Virus record (IMG/VR): IMGVR_UViG_3300031992_000008
Location: 64,001 to 128,000 of that record
Strand: one strand, 5' to 3'
DNA: 64,000 bases
From: a virus
Taxonomy: Duplodnaviria > Heunggongvirae > Uroviricota > Caudoviricetes
The notes under the pieces were generated by a model. It saw only the letters and a list, made by a program, of their open reading frames with translations, was not told the origin of the DNA and did no database searches. Position numbers and translations under genes: made by a program. Within the stretch, counting starts at the first letter, position 1, and each line of letters begins with the position of its first letter. This document shows, piece after piece, positions 36,566-47,011 of the stretch.

Positions 36566-37894
36566 ATGGCTAAAGCACAAAAGATGCAACTCAAGGCATC
36601 TCAGATTGCTTCATCCTCCGTTCTTTCTGCTGTAACTGGCGAAATCAGAAGATTGTTTATTGACTTGTTTCCGGTTGATTTTTTCAATAATATTCGTATC
36701 CTCAATGCCGCCGTTTCTGTACAGGATAACGAAGGCGCAAAGGATCGTCTCAAACAGTATAGAAAGAACAACCCCGTATTAGCCATTAGGACTAACATTA
36801 GTTACCAGAAAGATACTGTTGGAACCTATCTTTCTAACCCTGTGCCTTTCTTTTTTGATAACATGGGGCCTGACGATCACAGAATGTCTATTTGGAATGT
36901 TCCTGAGAAATTCCAAGAGCTCAAGTGTGATTTAGCCTACTTCAAGGTAAATGCTGAAGTAGGAATTCGTGTCGAGAGTTTTGTTCAGGCAGCTGACATC
37001 ATTGGCTATCTGAATTATAAGATCTACCCCGGTAACTACTTTAGAATTCCTAAAGCTCCGTTACTTGTAGAGATTCCGATGTCTATCTTAGTATACTCTG
37101 CTAAGAACCTCGGATTCAACCTTAAGAAGAAAGATGAGCTTAGGCAGTATATTGCAAAGCTCAAAGAGGCTTCTATTCTTCCTTTGGATATCAAGTGGAA
37201 GAAAGACAGTGGTAAGGCTATTCTCTGCTTTATGATGTATGCCAACATCCTTTGTAAAGTAGATGAACTCCCTGACCCTGAAGTAAACAAGGTTGGCAGA
37301 GTTCAGGATAATACTGCTATCAGATTCTCTATGACTGCTCAGGTAGCCTTCCCTAGATCGTTTACCCTCTATTACGAGAATGCGCTTACCGATGAAGAGA
37401 CCAGAGAAGACAATGGTAAGATCGATATTGATAACACTCTTGCCAATTCTGCTTTCACTGGTAGACCTGAGATTATGCTCAACTATGCTTTGACTACCAA
37501 TCCTCCGCCGTATTATTCTTCCGATTCTTCTGCAAGACTAATTTGGCTTAGATCCTTCGTTACCGATAGAGACGAAGAATTTGATGAGCTAGAGCTTAAG
37601 GAAATTATCCCTGATTATGTTTGTCTTTTCATTGATGACTTGCTCACTCGTCACGAACCGGGCGAACTGAAGAAGCAGATAATGTTTAGACTCTGGAGAG
37701 ATGAAGTAGAAGTAGACGACCAACAGTTCTATTTCGATTTCAGAAAGAAGAAGTTCATCATTGAGCGTCCCTTCAGAAACCAAATCTATCGATTAGGGTT
37801 GTATGTTGAAGCTGAGAAATTGCAACCTTACTTTGCAAAGCTTCACGGAACCGACAACATGAACGAATACTTCGATAAGGATTTACTAGGTTAA
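36566..37894 (+). CDS. Putative virion structural protein (tail-completion-like)
   Basis: Start moved to ATG 36566 behind AAAGGAGG; heads the tail/fibre operon. Family similarity is from recall only. Confidence 0.5.
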   Translation: MAKAQKMQLKASQIASSSVLSAVTGEIRRLFIDLFPVDFFNNIRILNAAVSVQDNEGAKDRLKQYRKNNPVLAIRTNISYQKDTVGTYLSNPVPFFFDNMGPDDHRMSIWNVPEKFQELKCDLAYFKVNAEVGIRVESFVQAADIIGYLNYKIYPGNYFRIPKAPLLVEIPMSILVYSAKNLGFNLKKKDELRQYIAKLKEASILPLDIKWKKDSGKAILCFMMYANILCKVDELPDPEVNKVGRVQDNTAIRFSMTAQVAFPRSFTLYYENALTDEETREDNGKIDIDNTLANSAFTGRPEIMLNYALTTNPPPYYSSDSSARLIWLRSFVTDRDEEFDELELKEIIPDYVCLFIDDLLTRHEPGELKKQIMFRLWRDEVEVDDQQFYFDFRKKKFIIERPFRNQIYRLGLYVEAEKLQPYFAKLHGTDNMNEYFDKDLLG

Positions 37895-37898
37895 AACC

Positions 37899-40379
37899 AT
37901 GGCTAACAATTACTATGCTCATAGACAGTTCTATATCAATGGAATGTCGGACTTAGGTGATGACACTATTCGTCAAGAAACCCTTGAAAACAATGAAACT
38001 GGAATTACTGCCGCCCTGAGAAATATCTCTCCTATCCTGAAGTATAATGGTATCAAGCCCATTTGGATATACTCGCAGAATGGCGAGGATATTGACGATG
38101 GTACTCCGCACATGCTGGCCTTTAGAAACGGCGACAAGGTCGCTAGTATGGCTGCCGAGTACTTCGATGCAAAGATTCAAGATCCCGCTGATCCTAGTAG
38201 GAAGATTACACGGAATCCGATGTGGAGACAAAAGAATGCCGCTGTTATCTGTATCACCGATTGGGGATACAGACCCATTGATTTTAGTAACGAATATGAA
38301 GCATTGGTATTCAGCAAAAATGGTTTCCTTTTAAACAATTCATTCAATTCGTTCTTTGTTTCTATCTCTGGTGTTTTGTATGGTGTGCTGACCAATTCTT
38401 GTCTTTGGACTGGCATGAGGAAAAAGGAAGGAGATCATTGGATTCCCGTTACTGATTCCGCAGAATATGAAAGATGTGATGAAGTGAATGTTGTTGTTAT
38501 CCGCAAGAATAACAACTTGCCGTATGCTGCATTACCGTATAATGGTAAAACTACAGGTTATGACAATCATGCTTGTACTACTGAAGATACACAGGACGTT
38601 ATTCCTTCATTCTTCATCAGTTGTACTCCTAACAGCGCATGGTCTTGGTATAGCCAGGACAACTATGGCGTGTTCATCACTCTTGGAAGTGATGAGACTG
38701 AAATTGACGGTCTCTTGGATAATCTCGATTTTAAGCCGGATCAAGCCTTGTATTCCGAAGAAATCAAGAGCACTCTTAGATCTATGCTTGTCGGCAAGAT
38801 GTGCTTCGAAATACCTAATGACAATAATGAGAAATATACTGTCTATGACCTTAGTGGGCGTTCTTCCAGTAGTGGTTTTGATAGAAGAGTAAAGTTCCAT
38901 GTTAATACGGTTGAAGAATTGGGTATCACCATTCATGTTCCGTATAGCGACAATGAAGGTGCAGACGTAGGTGACTACTTCTTTACGATTAAAACTTTGC
39001 CTAAGGGATCTCAGTTCTGGGTATCTACCAGAGCTCTTCAGTTCAGCGATGAAATCTCTATCATTGCTCACAAGATTGATCCTAAAGAAGAAGAAACTAG
39101 AGAAAATACTAGATACTATTGTACTAGTAGGGCTTATCCCAATGGCCTTGGTCGTCCTTTCTTTGATGAGAATTATGGTCTTGCTTATATTCCTCTTGGA
39201 AAATGCTACGGCAACGTCGAAGACTATAACCAAAATGAATTTGACGATAGCAATGAAGAGATTATGGGGCAGATCTACAACAGCCCTAAGGATTACTCGA
39301 AGATTGGTGGCAGCAATGATGGTGTTCATATCTTCCCGTTGCTTACCCCAAAAGCCGAAGACGTGTTCGTATTTGTTGGTAACAAATACGGCATGGTGAA
39401 GTTGACACCTTATGTGGATTACACCATTGAAAAACCGGGAGAGGTTATTTCTGGAAACCTTCCTGTGATTCTGCTCAGAGGAAGAACCGAGTTTGAAGGT
39501 CTTACCTTTAATGGTCACTATGAAGAGCTAAATGCTGTTCAAAGAACATTCCCTCTTCCGACGTGTTCTCCTATTGAAGATGATGGTTCTAACTATAACC
39601 AGAATGATCCGAATAATGCTGTCTTCATCAGAGTATTCTATGGTTATCCCAAGAATAGAATTTCTACATACTGGGGGCCGAATGCTGACATGACACAGAA
39701 GAGAGAGGATCACATTGTTGCACCGGAGTCTGATCCAGTTGCCGAGATCAACTGTTCTCCTGCGAACTTTGCTATTAATGGCTATAGCATCGAGAATACT
39801 GTTTTCGAAGCAAATATTGACGATGATAACCGTTTTAGAGATGACAACGACAAGCTATTGTCCACTGCAACGATGGTGCCTGAAGAAATCGACAACCGAG
39901 GTAATCGTTCATATGAGTCTATTCCTTGGAGCGTTCTGCCGAGGGACTCCTTCTTGGAGTTTAATGCAGGAAAATACACGCCTATGGAAACGCCATATCT
40001 CAGTAGGATTGTACTCGATAGAACCTTCAATCTTGAGACAGATGGTAAATACAGAGACGTTGAGCTTCATGCCCTCGTCGATGAAAAGTATGGCATTGCA
40101 GAAGTCTTTAGGGATCATTTAGCTTCTGGCGATCCATCTTACTTCGATGAAATTCTCAATACTATCGGTGTTTCTGCTGATGATGAAGATGGGAGCAAGA
40201 ATAAATGGGTAAATAAAAATAAAAGAATCGCTAAACAGAGTGATGAAAACAATGATCCTGCTTTCTTCTATCTACTTAATAATGGTAACCAGATCCATGA
40301 ATCGATCAATATCGAGTCTTGGTTGACTTGGTTCACCAACATCAATGATGCTACAGACGAGGTGTTTACAAATGAGTGA
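37899..40379 (+). CDS. Large putative structural protein (826 aa, acidic, beta-rich)
   Basis: Lies in the late operon before the fibre genes; no recognised motif. Confidence 0.6.
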   Translation: MANNYYAHRQFYINGMSDLGDDTIRQETLENNETGITAALRNISPILKYNGIKPIWIYSQNGEDIDDGTPHMLAFRNGDKVASMAAEYFDAKIQDPADPSRKITRNPMWRQKNAAVICITDWGYRPIDFSNEYEALVFSKNGFLLNNSFNSFFVSISGVLYGVLTNSCLWTGMRKKEGDHWIPVTDSAEYERCDEVNVVVIRKNNNLPYAALPYNGKTTGYDNHACTTEDTQDVIPSFFISCTPNSAWSWYSQDNYGVFITLGSDETEIDGLLDNLDFKPDQALYSEEIKSTLRSMLVGKMCFEIPNDNNEKYTVYDLSGRSSSSGFDRRVKFHVNTVEELGITIHVPYSDNEGADVGDYFFTIKTLPKGSQFWVSTRALQFSDEISIIAHKIDPKEEETRENTRYYCTSRAYPNGLGRPFFDENYGLAYIPLGKCYGNVEDYNQNEFDDSNEEIMGQIYNSPKDYSKIGGSNDGVHIFPLLTPKAEDVFVFVGNKYGMVKLTPYVDYTIEKPGEVISGNLPVILLRGRTEFEGLTFNGHYEELNAVQRTFPLPTCSPIEDDGSNYNQNDPNNAVFIRVFYGYPKNRISTYWGPNADMTQKREDHIVAPESDPVAEINCSPANFAINGYSIENTVFEANIDDDNRFRDDNDKLLSTATMVPEEIDNRGNRSYESIPWSVLPRDSFLEFNAGKYTPMETPYLSRIVLDRTFNLETDGKYRDVELHALVDEKYGIAEVFRDHLASGDPSYFDEILNTIGVSADDEDGSKNKWVNKNKRIAKQSDENNDPAFFYLLNNGNQIHESINIESWLTWFTNINDATDEVFTNE

Positions 40380-40755
40380 CGTTTATAAACAACGAGTCCG
40401 TGTGCCGTTAGTCAACTTGCCGTTGGATGCCAATATTGACCTAAAGAATTTTGGCATCAATGGTAATGTGATTATCCAAGGTACAGACATCAAAGATAGC
40501 GATAAGACGACGCTTGAATTGGCTTCCGATATCAATAAGGAAGCCAGCACTCTCAAGCGCAATACGCAAACCAGATTTAATCCCCCCAGAGATTTGTCTA
40601 GGGTCGCTTTTGTTTTTGAAGAAGCTACGACTTTTATAGAGGATGGTGTTGAGAAACCCGCGGGTGGTTACATTATGCACTCCGAAGCTGCGTCTGGGGA
40701 TTATGATTTTGTACCTGAAGAAGTCACCGCAGCGACTTTCGAAGGAAATCTTTAA
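40372..40755 (+). CDS. Hypothetical protein
   Basis: Start moved to ATG 40372 behind GAGG, overlapping the upstream stop. Confidence 0.65.
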   Translation: MSDVYKQRVRVPLVNLPLDANIDLKNFGINGNVIIQGTDIKDSDKTTLELASDINKEASTLKRNTQTRFNPPRDLSRVAFVFEEATTFIEDGVEKPAGGYIMHSEAASGDYDFVPEEVTAATFEGNL

Positions 40756-40767
40756 ATGGAGTTTTTT

Positions 40768-43700
40768 ATGGCTGAAGAACGTGGATACCTAGAGTTTAGC
40801 AAATTACCTTTTGCCTGTGAACAGGGACAAACCATAAGTGGTGACGTGCTCTTTCCCGTTATCGTTAAAGATAACGGTAGCCTTGCTAATATGCTCGTGC
40901 ATTACTCTTCGCTCGGTATTAACGGTGTTGAAACAGACCTTACTGCTATCAGAAATCGTCTGTCCACTGCAGAGGGGAAGATCACAATAGCTGAAGGTGA
41001 CATCGATACCCTTGAAGGCGTAGTAGGCAATGCCCAGACCGAAGGAACACTTGTATACGATGTGAATGATCTAAAAGATCGTGTAGGCACTGCAGAGGGA
41101 AAAATTACAACTGCTGAAAGTGATATCGACACTCTCGAAGGCAAAATGGATACTGCCGAAGACAATATCAGTGCTCTCAAAGGTAAAATGACTACTGCTG
41201 AGAACAAGATCAGTGCTCTCGAAAGTAAAATGGATACCGCCGAGAACGACATCGATGCTCTCGAAGGCAAGATGACTACTGCTGAGAGCAAAATCGGTAC
41301 TCTTGAAGGCAAAATGACTACTGCCGAGAGTGATATCGATGCTCTCGAAGGTAGAATGAACACTGCCGAGGACGATATTAATGCGCTTGATGGAAGAACC
41401 AATTCTCTCGAAGGTAGAATGACTACCGCTGAAAGCGATATTGATGCCGTTGAAGGTAGAATGAACACTGCTGAAAGTAGCATCAATGCTCTCAAAAGTG
41501 TAGTGGGCAATGCTCAGACCGAAGGAACACTTGTTTATGATGTGAATGATCTAAAAGGTCGTGTAGACGACATAGAAACAGACATCGCTGCTATTAACAC
41601 TGATATTACGAGCCTAGATACTAGGGTTACTGGTCTTGCTTCTAGGGTAAGCACAAATGAGAATAATATAGCTTCTAACACGGAAGCTATAGGTGATTTA
41701 ACTGATGCCGTAAATGAACATGAAAGCCGTATTAATGAGATCGAAGACGTACTACCAGAATTCGTAAGATTCACTGACATTGGTGATGGCCTATTGGTAG
41801 AAGAGGAAGAAGATGGTAGTGATGACGGAAGCGGAGATGAACCTACTACTAGAAAGGTAGTAAAAGCTGCTGTTGATGGACGAACGATTATTTTAAATGA
41901 GCTAGGACAGATAGCTGCTGGCAATATCGTTCCTAATATTTTCATTAGTTCTCCAAATGAGACCATTAACATCAATACTGTAGATGACCCAGTATCCAAT
42001 ACAAGAACATTCGAACTGGATGTTGATGCCGTAGCATCTACAGCATTGGAATTCGCAGTAGACCATAGTGAAAATGTAACATGGACTGCTAGTGAAAATG
42101 TTACTAATGCTACAATTACTCTAGCTGATGACGCACATAGAGAGATAAGTCTTAACAGCAATAACAATGGCTGGGGCCTCAAAGCTGGTCATCTCTATCA
42201 GGTGAACTGGAATTGCCAGATTATGTCCTCTGGAACCAGAGCTTCGTATCTGCCGTTTACTGTTTCTTTGTCTGGAGCACACACTGAAGCATGGAAGTAT
42301 GATCTTGATGATTCATACTCGCACGTCGAATCTATCTCCGGCTCTACAATCGTGAACTGTGTCTCTGGAGCCACGAACCTTGTGTTTGCTATCCAGATTG
42401 CGGAAGCACTGTCGTCTAATATTCCGGCTGTTGCATTTACAAAGGTCTCTATTGTAGACCTTCAAAAGGTCGAACAGTCTGGTGGTGGCGGAGCTGACTA
42501 TGAAGCTGGTGACGGTATTACCATTGAGGATGATACCATTTCTACTAAGCTTGCCGAAGATGGTGGTCTTGGATACAATGATAATGGCGAGCTAGTTGTT
42601 AAGTTATCCGAAGATATCTCTGTAGAAGATATTGTCGATGTCGTCGATAATGTTCAAACTATGGAAAATGACCTTGATACGAAGCTTAATGTCACATTTG
42701 ACTTGGCTAACATCAATGGCATCGTTGGTGACTTCGATTCTAAGCTCCCGGCAGGATCTGCCTATAAGACTACGAATGGGTTGATTATCTGTCAGGGCTT
42801 CTTTGTGCCTATTAATACAAAGATCAGAACGATCACTGAAGACCCGGATCTTCCGACTCTGCTCGGCGTATACATGAGGCAGAACTACTCGTCCAAGGTT
42901 ATCCTAGCACTATACCAGTATAGTTTCCCGACTGACCTAGAGCCTAATGGCGATACTGTATATGTTGGTGATACTGGCCCGGTTGATCTATATGCTGGAA
43001 AGATGGAATACCCTCTAAAGCACAGAAATCTGGACATTGAAGAGCTCTCTTCATCCTGTTTGTATTATGCTTCGATAGTATTCCCTGTTCAGTGGAATGG
43101 AAATCTGCCGATGGCTTGTACATATAACCATGAGAATACTGAAACGTTTAATACCATTCCCAGATTCTCTATTGCCTGTAAGCTCTTTGGTAATCTTGAC
43201 TTCACTGATCCTACGACCACTCTTATGGATGAAAACCATAAAAAGGGTGCATACGGGCCTTGGGATGAAGGCTATTCCGAAGCTATTAATCTACCTAGGT
43301 TCTTTATGCAGATTAGAAATGGTGAATATTACGCTCCGGAACCGCCAGATCCGTCTCAGTGGTCTGTTACCGCAGTCACGTTGAATAATGATCTTGGTGC
43401 TGACAATAGTTTCTTGTTGTCATGTGTAGAACAAGGTGCTGTTTTCATGGTCATCGAACTTGCTGAAGCTACCCAGCTTTCGTCCTTCGCAATTCTTGAT
43501 AACCAGGCACAAGTCAACACTAGCTTGGAACGTCTTGACATGCTAATGCTTCAGAATGGTACGACGTATGGGCAAGTGAGTGACTATGTCAATGATCAAC
43601 AGAAGACTATTGCAACAGAAAGTGTCACCATAGACGGAAGAGGCTGGAGGAAACATACCGTAACTTTGTCTTCTCCAATAACATTAGCAGCCGGAACATA

Positions 43701-43911
43701 TGCTTTCCCCGTCGCTTATCGTTTGCCCGATCCTACACAGTCTGTAGAACAAGCAGTAGTTCTTGCACAATGCGGCGGAACTGGCGTAGAAACTAGAGAT
43801 GTTATTATTGCTAGCAAGAGATGGTACTTTAATGTCTCTGAAACAAATAATAACTTTGTAGCAGAAGGCGTTAATTCCATTTACCTAGAAATCAATGGCA
43901 CTGTTGTTTAA
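40768..43911 (+). CDS. Tail fibre/spike protein with long trimeric coiled coil
   Basis: Start probably ATG 40768 (SD GGAG). 14-aa repeats (K/R)M.TAE.DI.ALEG; YEAGDGITIEDDTIS fibre motif; beta-rich C-terminal domains. Confidence 0.8.
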   Translation: MAEERGYLEFSKLPFACEQGQTISGDVLFPVIVKDNGSLANMLVHYSSLGINGVETDLTAIRNRLSTAEGKITIAEGDIDTLEGVVGNAQTEGTLVYDVNDLKDRVGTAEGKITTAESDIDTLEGKMDTAEDNISALKGKMTTAENKISALESKMDTAENDIDALEGKMTTAESKIGTLEGKMTTAESDIDALEGRMNTAEDDINALDGRTNSLEGRMTTAESDIDAVEGRMNTAESSINALKSVVGNAQTEGTLVYDVNDLKGRVDDIETDIAAINTDITSLDTRVTGLASRVSTNENNIASNTEAIGDLTDAVNEHESRINEIEDVLPEFVRFTDIGDGLLVEEEEDGSDDGSGDEPTTRKVVKAAVDGRTIILNELGQIAAGNIVPNIFISSPNETININTVDDPVSNTRTFELDVDAVASTALEFAVDHSENVTWTASENVTNATITLADDAHREISLNSNNNGWGLKAGHLYQVNWNCQIMSSGTRASYLPFTVSLSGAHTEAWKYDLDDSYSHVESISGSTIVNCVSGATNLVFAIQIAEALSSNIPAVAFTKVSIVDLQKVEQSGGGGADYEAGDGITIEDDTISTKLAEDGGLGYNDNGELVVKLSEDISVEDIVDVVDNVQTMENDLDTKLNVTFDLANINGIVGDFDSKLPAGSAYKTTNGLIICQGFFVPINTKIRTITEDPDLPTLLGVYMRQNYSSKVILALYQYSFPTDLEPNGDTVYVGDTGPVDLYAGKMEYPLKHRNLDIEELSSSCLYYASIVFPVQWNGNLPMACTYNHENTETFNTIPRFSIACKLFGNLDFTDPTTTLMDENHKKGAYGPWDEGYSEAINLPRFFMQIRNGEYYAPEPPDPSQWSVTAVTLNNDLGADNSFLLSCVEQGAVFMVIELAEATQLSSFAILDNQAQVNTSLERLDMLMLQNGTTYGQVSDYVNDQQKTIATESVTIDGRGWRKHTVTLSSPITLAAGTYAFPVAYRLPDPTQSVEQAVVLAQCGGTGVETRDVIIASKRWYFNVSETNNNFVAEGVNSIYLEINGTVV
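41020..41566 (+). repeat. 67-bp direct repeat pair (41020-41086 and 41500-41566)
   Basis: Both encode VVGNAQTEGTLVYDVNDLK(D/G)RV, 480 nt apart, bracketing the 42-nt array. Confidence 0.85.
41110..41500 (+). repeat. Coding tandem repeat, 42-nt period (14 aa), about nine units
   Basis: Units such as actgc(t/c)gag..gatatcgatgctctcgaagg(c/t)a(a/g)aatga; one unit carries an extra 21 nt. Confidence 0.9.
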
Positions 43912-43920
43912 GGAGTTTAT

Positions 43921-44250
43921 ATGTACTATTCTAAAGAAGTCTTACATAAAGCTAAGGCTAATCCTAGAGCCCAAAAGATCTACTTTGATGGCGAAATGCT
44001 CAAACAACGAGCATGGAACCGTTATGTAGCTGGGTTCATTATCGATGATTTCCTTTCTGCAATGAGTGAAGAGGACGCTCTTGAATTCATGCAATACATG
44101 AACGTCCTTACCGCCATTCAGGTGGGTATGTTCGATACTGCTAGCCGATTCCTTCTTAGCATTATTCCATCTGTTGAGTCTGAGGAATTGAAAAAGAAAG
44201 CTCAGTGGTTAGCCGATATGTTGGCTAACTCTGATGAAGTAAAGGGGTAA
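43921..44250 (+). CDS. Hypothetical protein (possible fibre assembly chaperone)
   Basis: SD AAGGAG; position directly after the fibre gene. Confidence 0.6.
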   Translation: MYYSKEVLHKAKANPRAQKIYFDGEMLKQRAWNRYVAGFIIDDFLSAMSEEDALEFMQYMNVLTAIQVGMFDTASRFLLSIIPSVESEELKKKAQWLADMLANSDEVKG

Positions 44251-44252
44251 CT

Positions 44253-45713
44253 ATGACAGCATCTAATAAGATTCTTGTAAATCAAGCTCAAGATCTTTCT
44301 GATCCTGAGAAAGCACAAGCCAAGAGAAATATCGAGGCTTCTGGTATAATCTATAACATTGCAAGAGTAGGAGCTATCAAGGCAAAAGTTGCTACCATAG
44401 ATTATCATTATCCACAGAATAATCGTAAGCTATCCATAACTGGAAGACTCAATGATGGCACGGAAGAGACTACTACTCAGCTAGGTATACTTACTCCAGA
44501 TCCTGAAAATAACACCCGTGTAAATGATAACGCTAATTACTACCATATACTTGGTGTTACCGATGGTCAGATGCATGTTGACTGGATGAAGTCTCCCTTC
44601 GCCAATATTGAATCCTATGAGATGCCTACTACAATAAATGACGAGCCAGCACCTTCGATTGATATGAATAATTCATTGTTCATAGCATTCGAAACTAGTA
44701 TGGTTAAAGCTAGGGCATTCATAGTGAGCGTTTCATATAGATACGCTCAAGGCTCTATGAACGAACCAAATAACCTTGAGTTCCTTCTTGACACTTATCC
44801 GTATTATGACGATGAAGAAGGATCGACAATTATTAGGCTTAGACCCAGATTCTTAGCTGGTAATAGTGAGCGCATTGGCGAAGAATATTCGTTTTCCGGT
44901 GTAAAGGTATGGGAATATATAGACAGAACAGACGAAGATAATCCTAAGGCTTTAGTTGTCCTAGAAATAGGAAAATCAACTACTGGCTATACTGGAACTT
45001 ACGCAGATGTATCTATTCTAAACTTGAACTCTAACAGAAAGATTCAGCTCAAAACTTATCTTGGTAGCCCTGAAATACCTGACGAAGAGGAAGAACCTGA
45101 TTCAAGTATTCCGAGCTGGGTATCTGGGCGTACTCTATTTGCACAGATATCTAAGTCCGTTGATTGGGATGATATTACCAATAAACCGGAAATGTTCCCT
45201 CAATGTACTGGGGGTAGGAAATATCTCTCTAACGAAGGCAAGGTAATAACTGCCGAAGAAATTTCGCAGGGATACTTCTATGTTCAACTAGGAGACTTTC
45301 CTGTACCTAGAAGCGCAGACATGCTATCCTTTATTGGCGATTTGCTTGGATTTAGATATGTCAGATCTAATGCAGGATATAGCATCACAAGTTCCCATGC
45401 CTCTTCAATAGATATCTTCCTTACTAATGAAAACGGGATACCTATGAAACGAGGCGGCTATAACCTTTTAACGCCTATTAGACGGATAAATGCTTCTGAA
45501 TTTGATTTATCAGACCATAATGGAGGCGATGGCGAAACTGGGTCGTCAATTTCTCGTTTTCACTTCCAGCATATTGGATGCTCTGGCACAAACCTTCAGC
45601 CGCACAATACTCTGGCCTATGGATTGACCTTAAGAGTGAATCTTCCGTCTGGCACTTCGTTCCAAGCAAATGACAGATTCCAGTATGCTTACAGGCTAGT
45701 CCAGCTTTACTAG
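44253..45713 (+). CDS. Putative tail fibre/accessory structural protein
   Basis: N-terminal LSDPEKAQAKRNI and VDWDDITNKP motifs typical of phage fibres. Confidence 0.6.
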   Translation: MTASNKILVNQAQDLSDPEKAQAKRNIEASGIIYNIARVGAIKAKVATIDYHYPQNNRKLSITGRLNDGTEETTTQLGILTPDPENNTRVNDNANYYHILGVTDGQMHVDWMKSPFANIESYEMPTTINDEPAPSIDMNNSLFIAFETSMVKARAFIVSVSYRYAQGSMNEPNNLEFLLDTYPYYDDEEGSTIIRLRPRFLAGNSERIGEEYSFSGVKVWEYIDRTDEDNPKALVVLEIGKSTTGYTGTYADVSILNLNSNRKIQLKTYLGSPEIPDEEEEPDSSIPSWVSGRTLFAQISKSVDWDDITNKPEMFPQCTGGRKYLSNEGKVITAEEISQGYFYVQLGDFPVPRSADMLSFIGDLLGFRYVRSNAGYSITSSHASSIDIFLTNENGIPMKRGGYNLLTPIRRINASEFDLSDHNGGDGETGSSISRFHFQHIGCSGTNLQPHNTLAYGLTLRVNLPSGTSFQANDRFQYAYRLVQLY

Positions 45714-45719
45714 AAATCT

Positions 45720-45754
45720 TCCTAGAACCCATAGAGGGTTCTAGGATTTTTCTT
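45720..45754 (+). terminator. Intrinsic terminator
   Basis: TCCTAGAACCC-ataga-GGGTTCTAGGA followed by TTTTT. Confidence 0.8.
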
Positions 45755-45755
45755 C

Positions 45756-45767
45756 AACTCGACATTA
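45756..45767 (+). promoter_or_regulatory. Putative non-virion-RNAP promoter AACT-N6-TA
   Basis: AACTCGACATTA upstream of 45803. Confidence 0.65.
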
Positions 45768-45802
45768 GAAAGTGTTTTATTTTACATCAAGAGGTTCTAT
45801 TT

Positions 45803-46966
45803 ATGGCACAAATGAGTTCTTACAAGAATGCTAACGATGCCTTAGCCCCATCGAAAGCAAAAGCCTACGTCGAAGGAGCTAGGATTCTAGCTACTGGCCC
45901 TGACGGTGATGGCAATGAGATTAACCTGAACATTCCCATTGATGATCTTCGTGGCAACAAAACCACCAACTGGAATGACATCGAAGGTAAGCCTGAATTT
46001 GCTAATGTAGCAACTACTGGCAGCTACAATGATCTTTCGGATAAACCGGAACAACCTGTTCTGGCTGAAGTAGCTACTTCTGGTTCTTATAATGATCTTA
46101 AAGATAAGCCTAATATTCCTGCTGCGCAGGTTCAGGCAGACTGGGATCAGGAAAGTTCGTCTGCGCCGGATTTCATTAAGAATAAGCCGAATATGGACGA
46201 ATATGTCAAGGGTGAAGACCTGTCTACAGTGGCCTCTACTGGTGACTATGATGATCTTATCAATGCTCCTAAAGGTGTTAAGATTAATGGCGCTAACAAG
46301 CAGTTCAATTCTGAAACTGGCTATGCAGATCTTGGAACGGTTCTCACGGAGCATCAGGATGTCTCTGGCAAGGCTGAAAAGTCTGAAATGGCTGTGGCAA
46401 ATGTATCTGGTGATGCTACCAAGAAGAAAGTAACGCTTAAGCAGGGTCTCTCTGTTGATGTTGTTACAGCGCATCAGGACATCTCTGGAAAGGCTAATGA
46501 TGCAGACCTTGCAAGAGTGGCTAAGTCTGGCAACTATAATGATCTTCAGAATACACCCACTATTCCTAATCCTCAAATTCAATCTGACTGGGATCAGTCC
46601 GATGAAACCGCCAAGGACTTTATCAAGAATAAGCCTTCGATTCCTCCTGCACAGGTTCAGGCAGACTGGAATGCCTCTTCCGGCATGGCTGTAATTCTTA
46701 ATAAGCCTTCTATTCCGGCCGAGCAGATTCAAGCCGACTGGAATCAATCTGACAGTACTGCCAAGGACTTTATCAAGAATAAGCCTTCGATTCCTCCAGC
46801 ACAGGTTCAGGCTGACTGGAACCAGTCTGTTGAGACCGCCAAGGATTTCATTAGGAATAAGCCCGCTAACTTAGGTGCTGGTATTAAAGCTGGCGAGAAA
46901 ATCAAGTTTACGACCGATAGTGATGGCTTTACTGTGATCAACTACGACCCTGGCTCCGGCTCGTAA
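45803..46966 (+). CDS. Repeat-built fibre-shaft-like protein
   Basis: Four VA.(S/T)G.Y.DL..P units, five Q.Q(A/S)DW...NKP units and two HQD.SGKA units. Confidence 0.72.
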   Translation: MAQMSSYKNANDALAPSKAKAYVEGARILATGPDGDGNEINLNIPIDDLRGNKTTNWNDIEGKPEFANVATTGSYNDLSDKPEQPVLAEVATSGSYNDLKDKPNIPAAQVQADWDQESSSAPDFIKNKPNMDEYVKGEDLSTVASTGDYDDLINAPKGVKINGANKQFNSETGYADLGTVLTEHQDVSGKAEKSEMAVANVSGDATKKKVTLKQGLSVDVVTAHQDISGKANDADLARVAKSGNYNDLQNTPTIPNPQIQSDWDQSDETAKDFIKNKPSIPPAQVQADWNASSGMAVILNKPSIPAEQIQADWNQSDSTAKDFIKNKPSIPPAQVQADWNQSVETAKDFIRNKPANLGAGIKAGEKIKFTTDSDGFTVINYDPGSGS

Positions 46967-46979
46967 TTTTTACAAAGCG

Positions 46980-46991
46980 AACTCCAAATTA
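46980..46991 (+). promoter_or_regulatory. Putative non-virion-RNAP promoter AACT-N6-TA
   Basis: AACTCCAAATTA upstream of the glycan operon. Confidence 0.65.
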
Positions 46992-47011
46992 GAAATAATT
47001 TGGAGTTTGTT

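Noticed and set aside
41110-41500. CRISPR-like regularly spaced repeats
   Set aside because: The 42-nt units are contiguous, in frame, vary mainly at third codon positions, have no spacers and encode a heptad coiled coil.
46605-46825. DGR template/variable repeat pair
   Set aside because: The two differences between the copies are synonymous third-position changes within one ORF, and there is no reverse transcriptase in the window.
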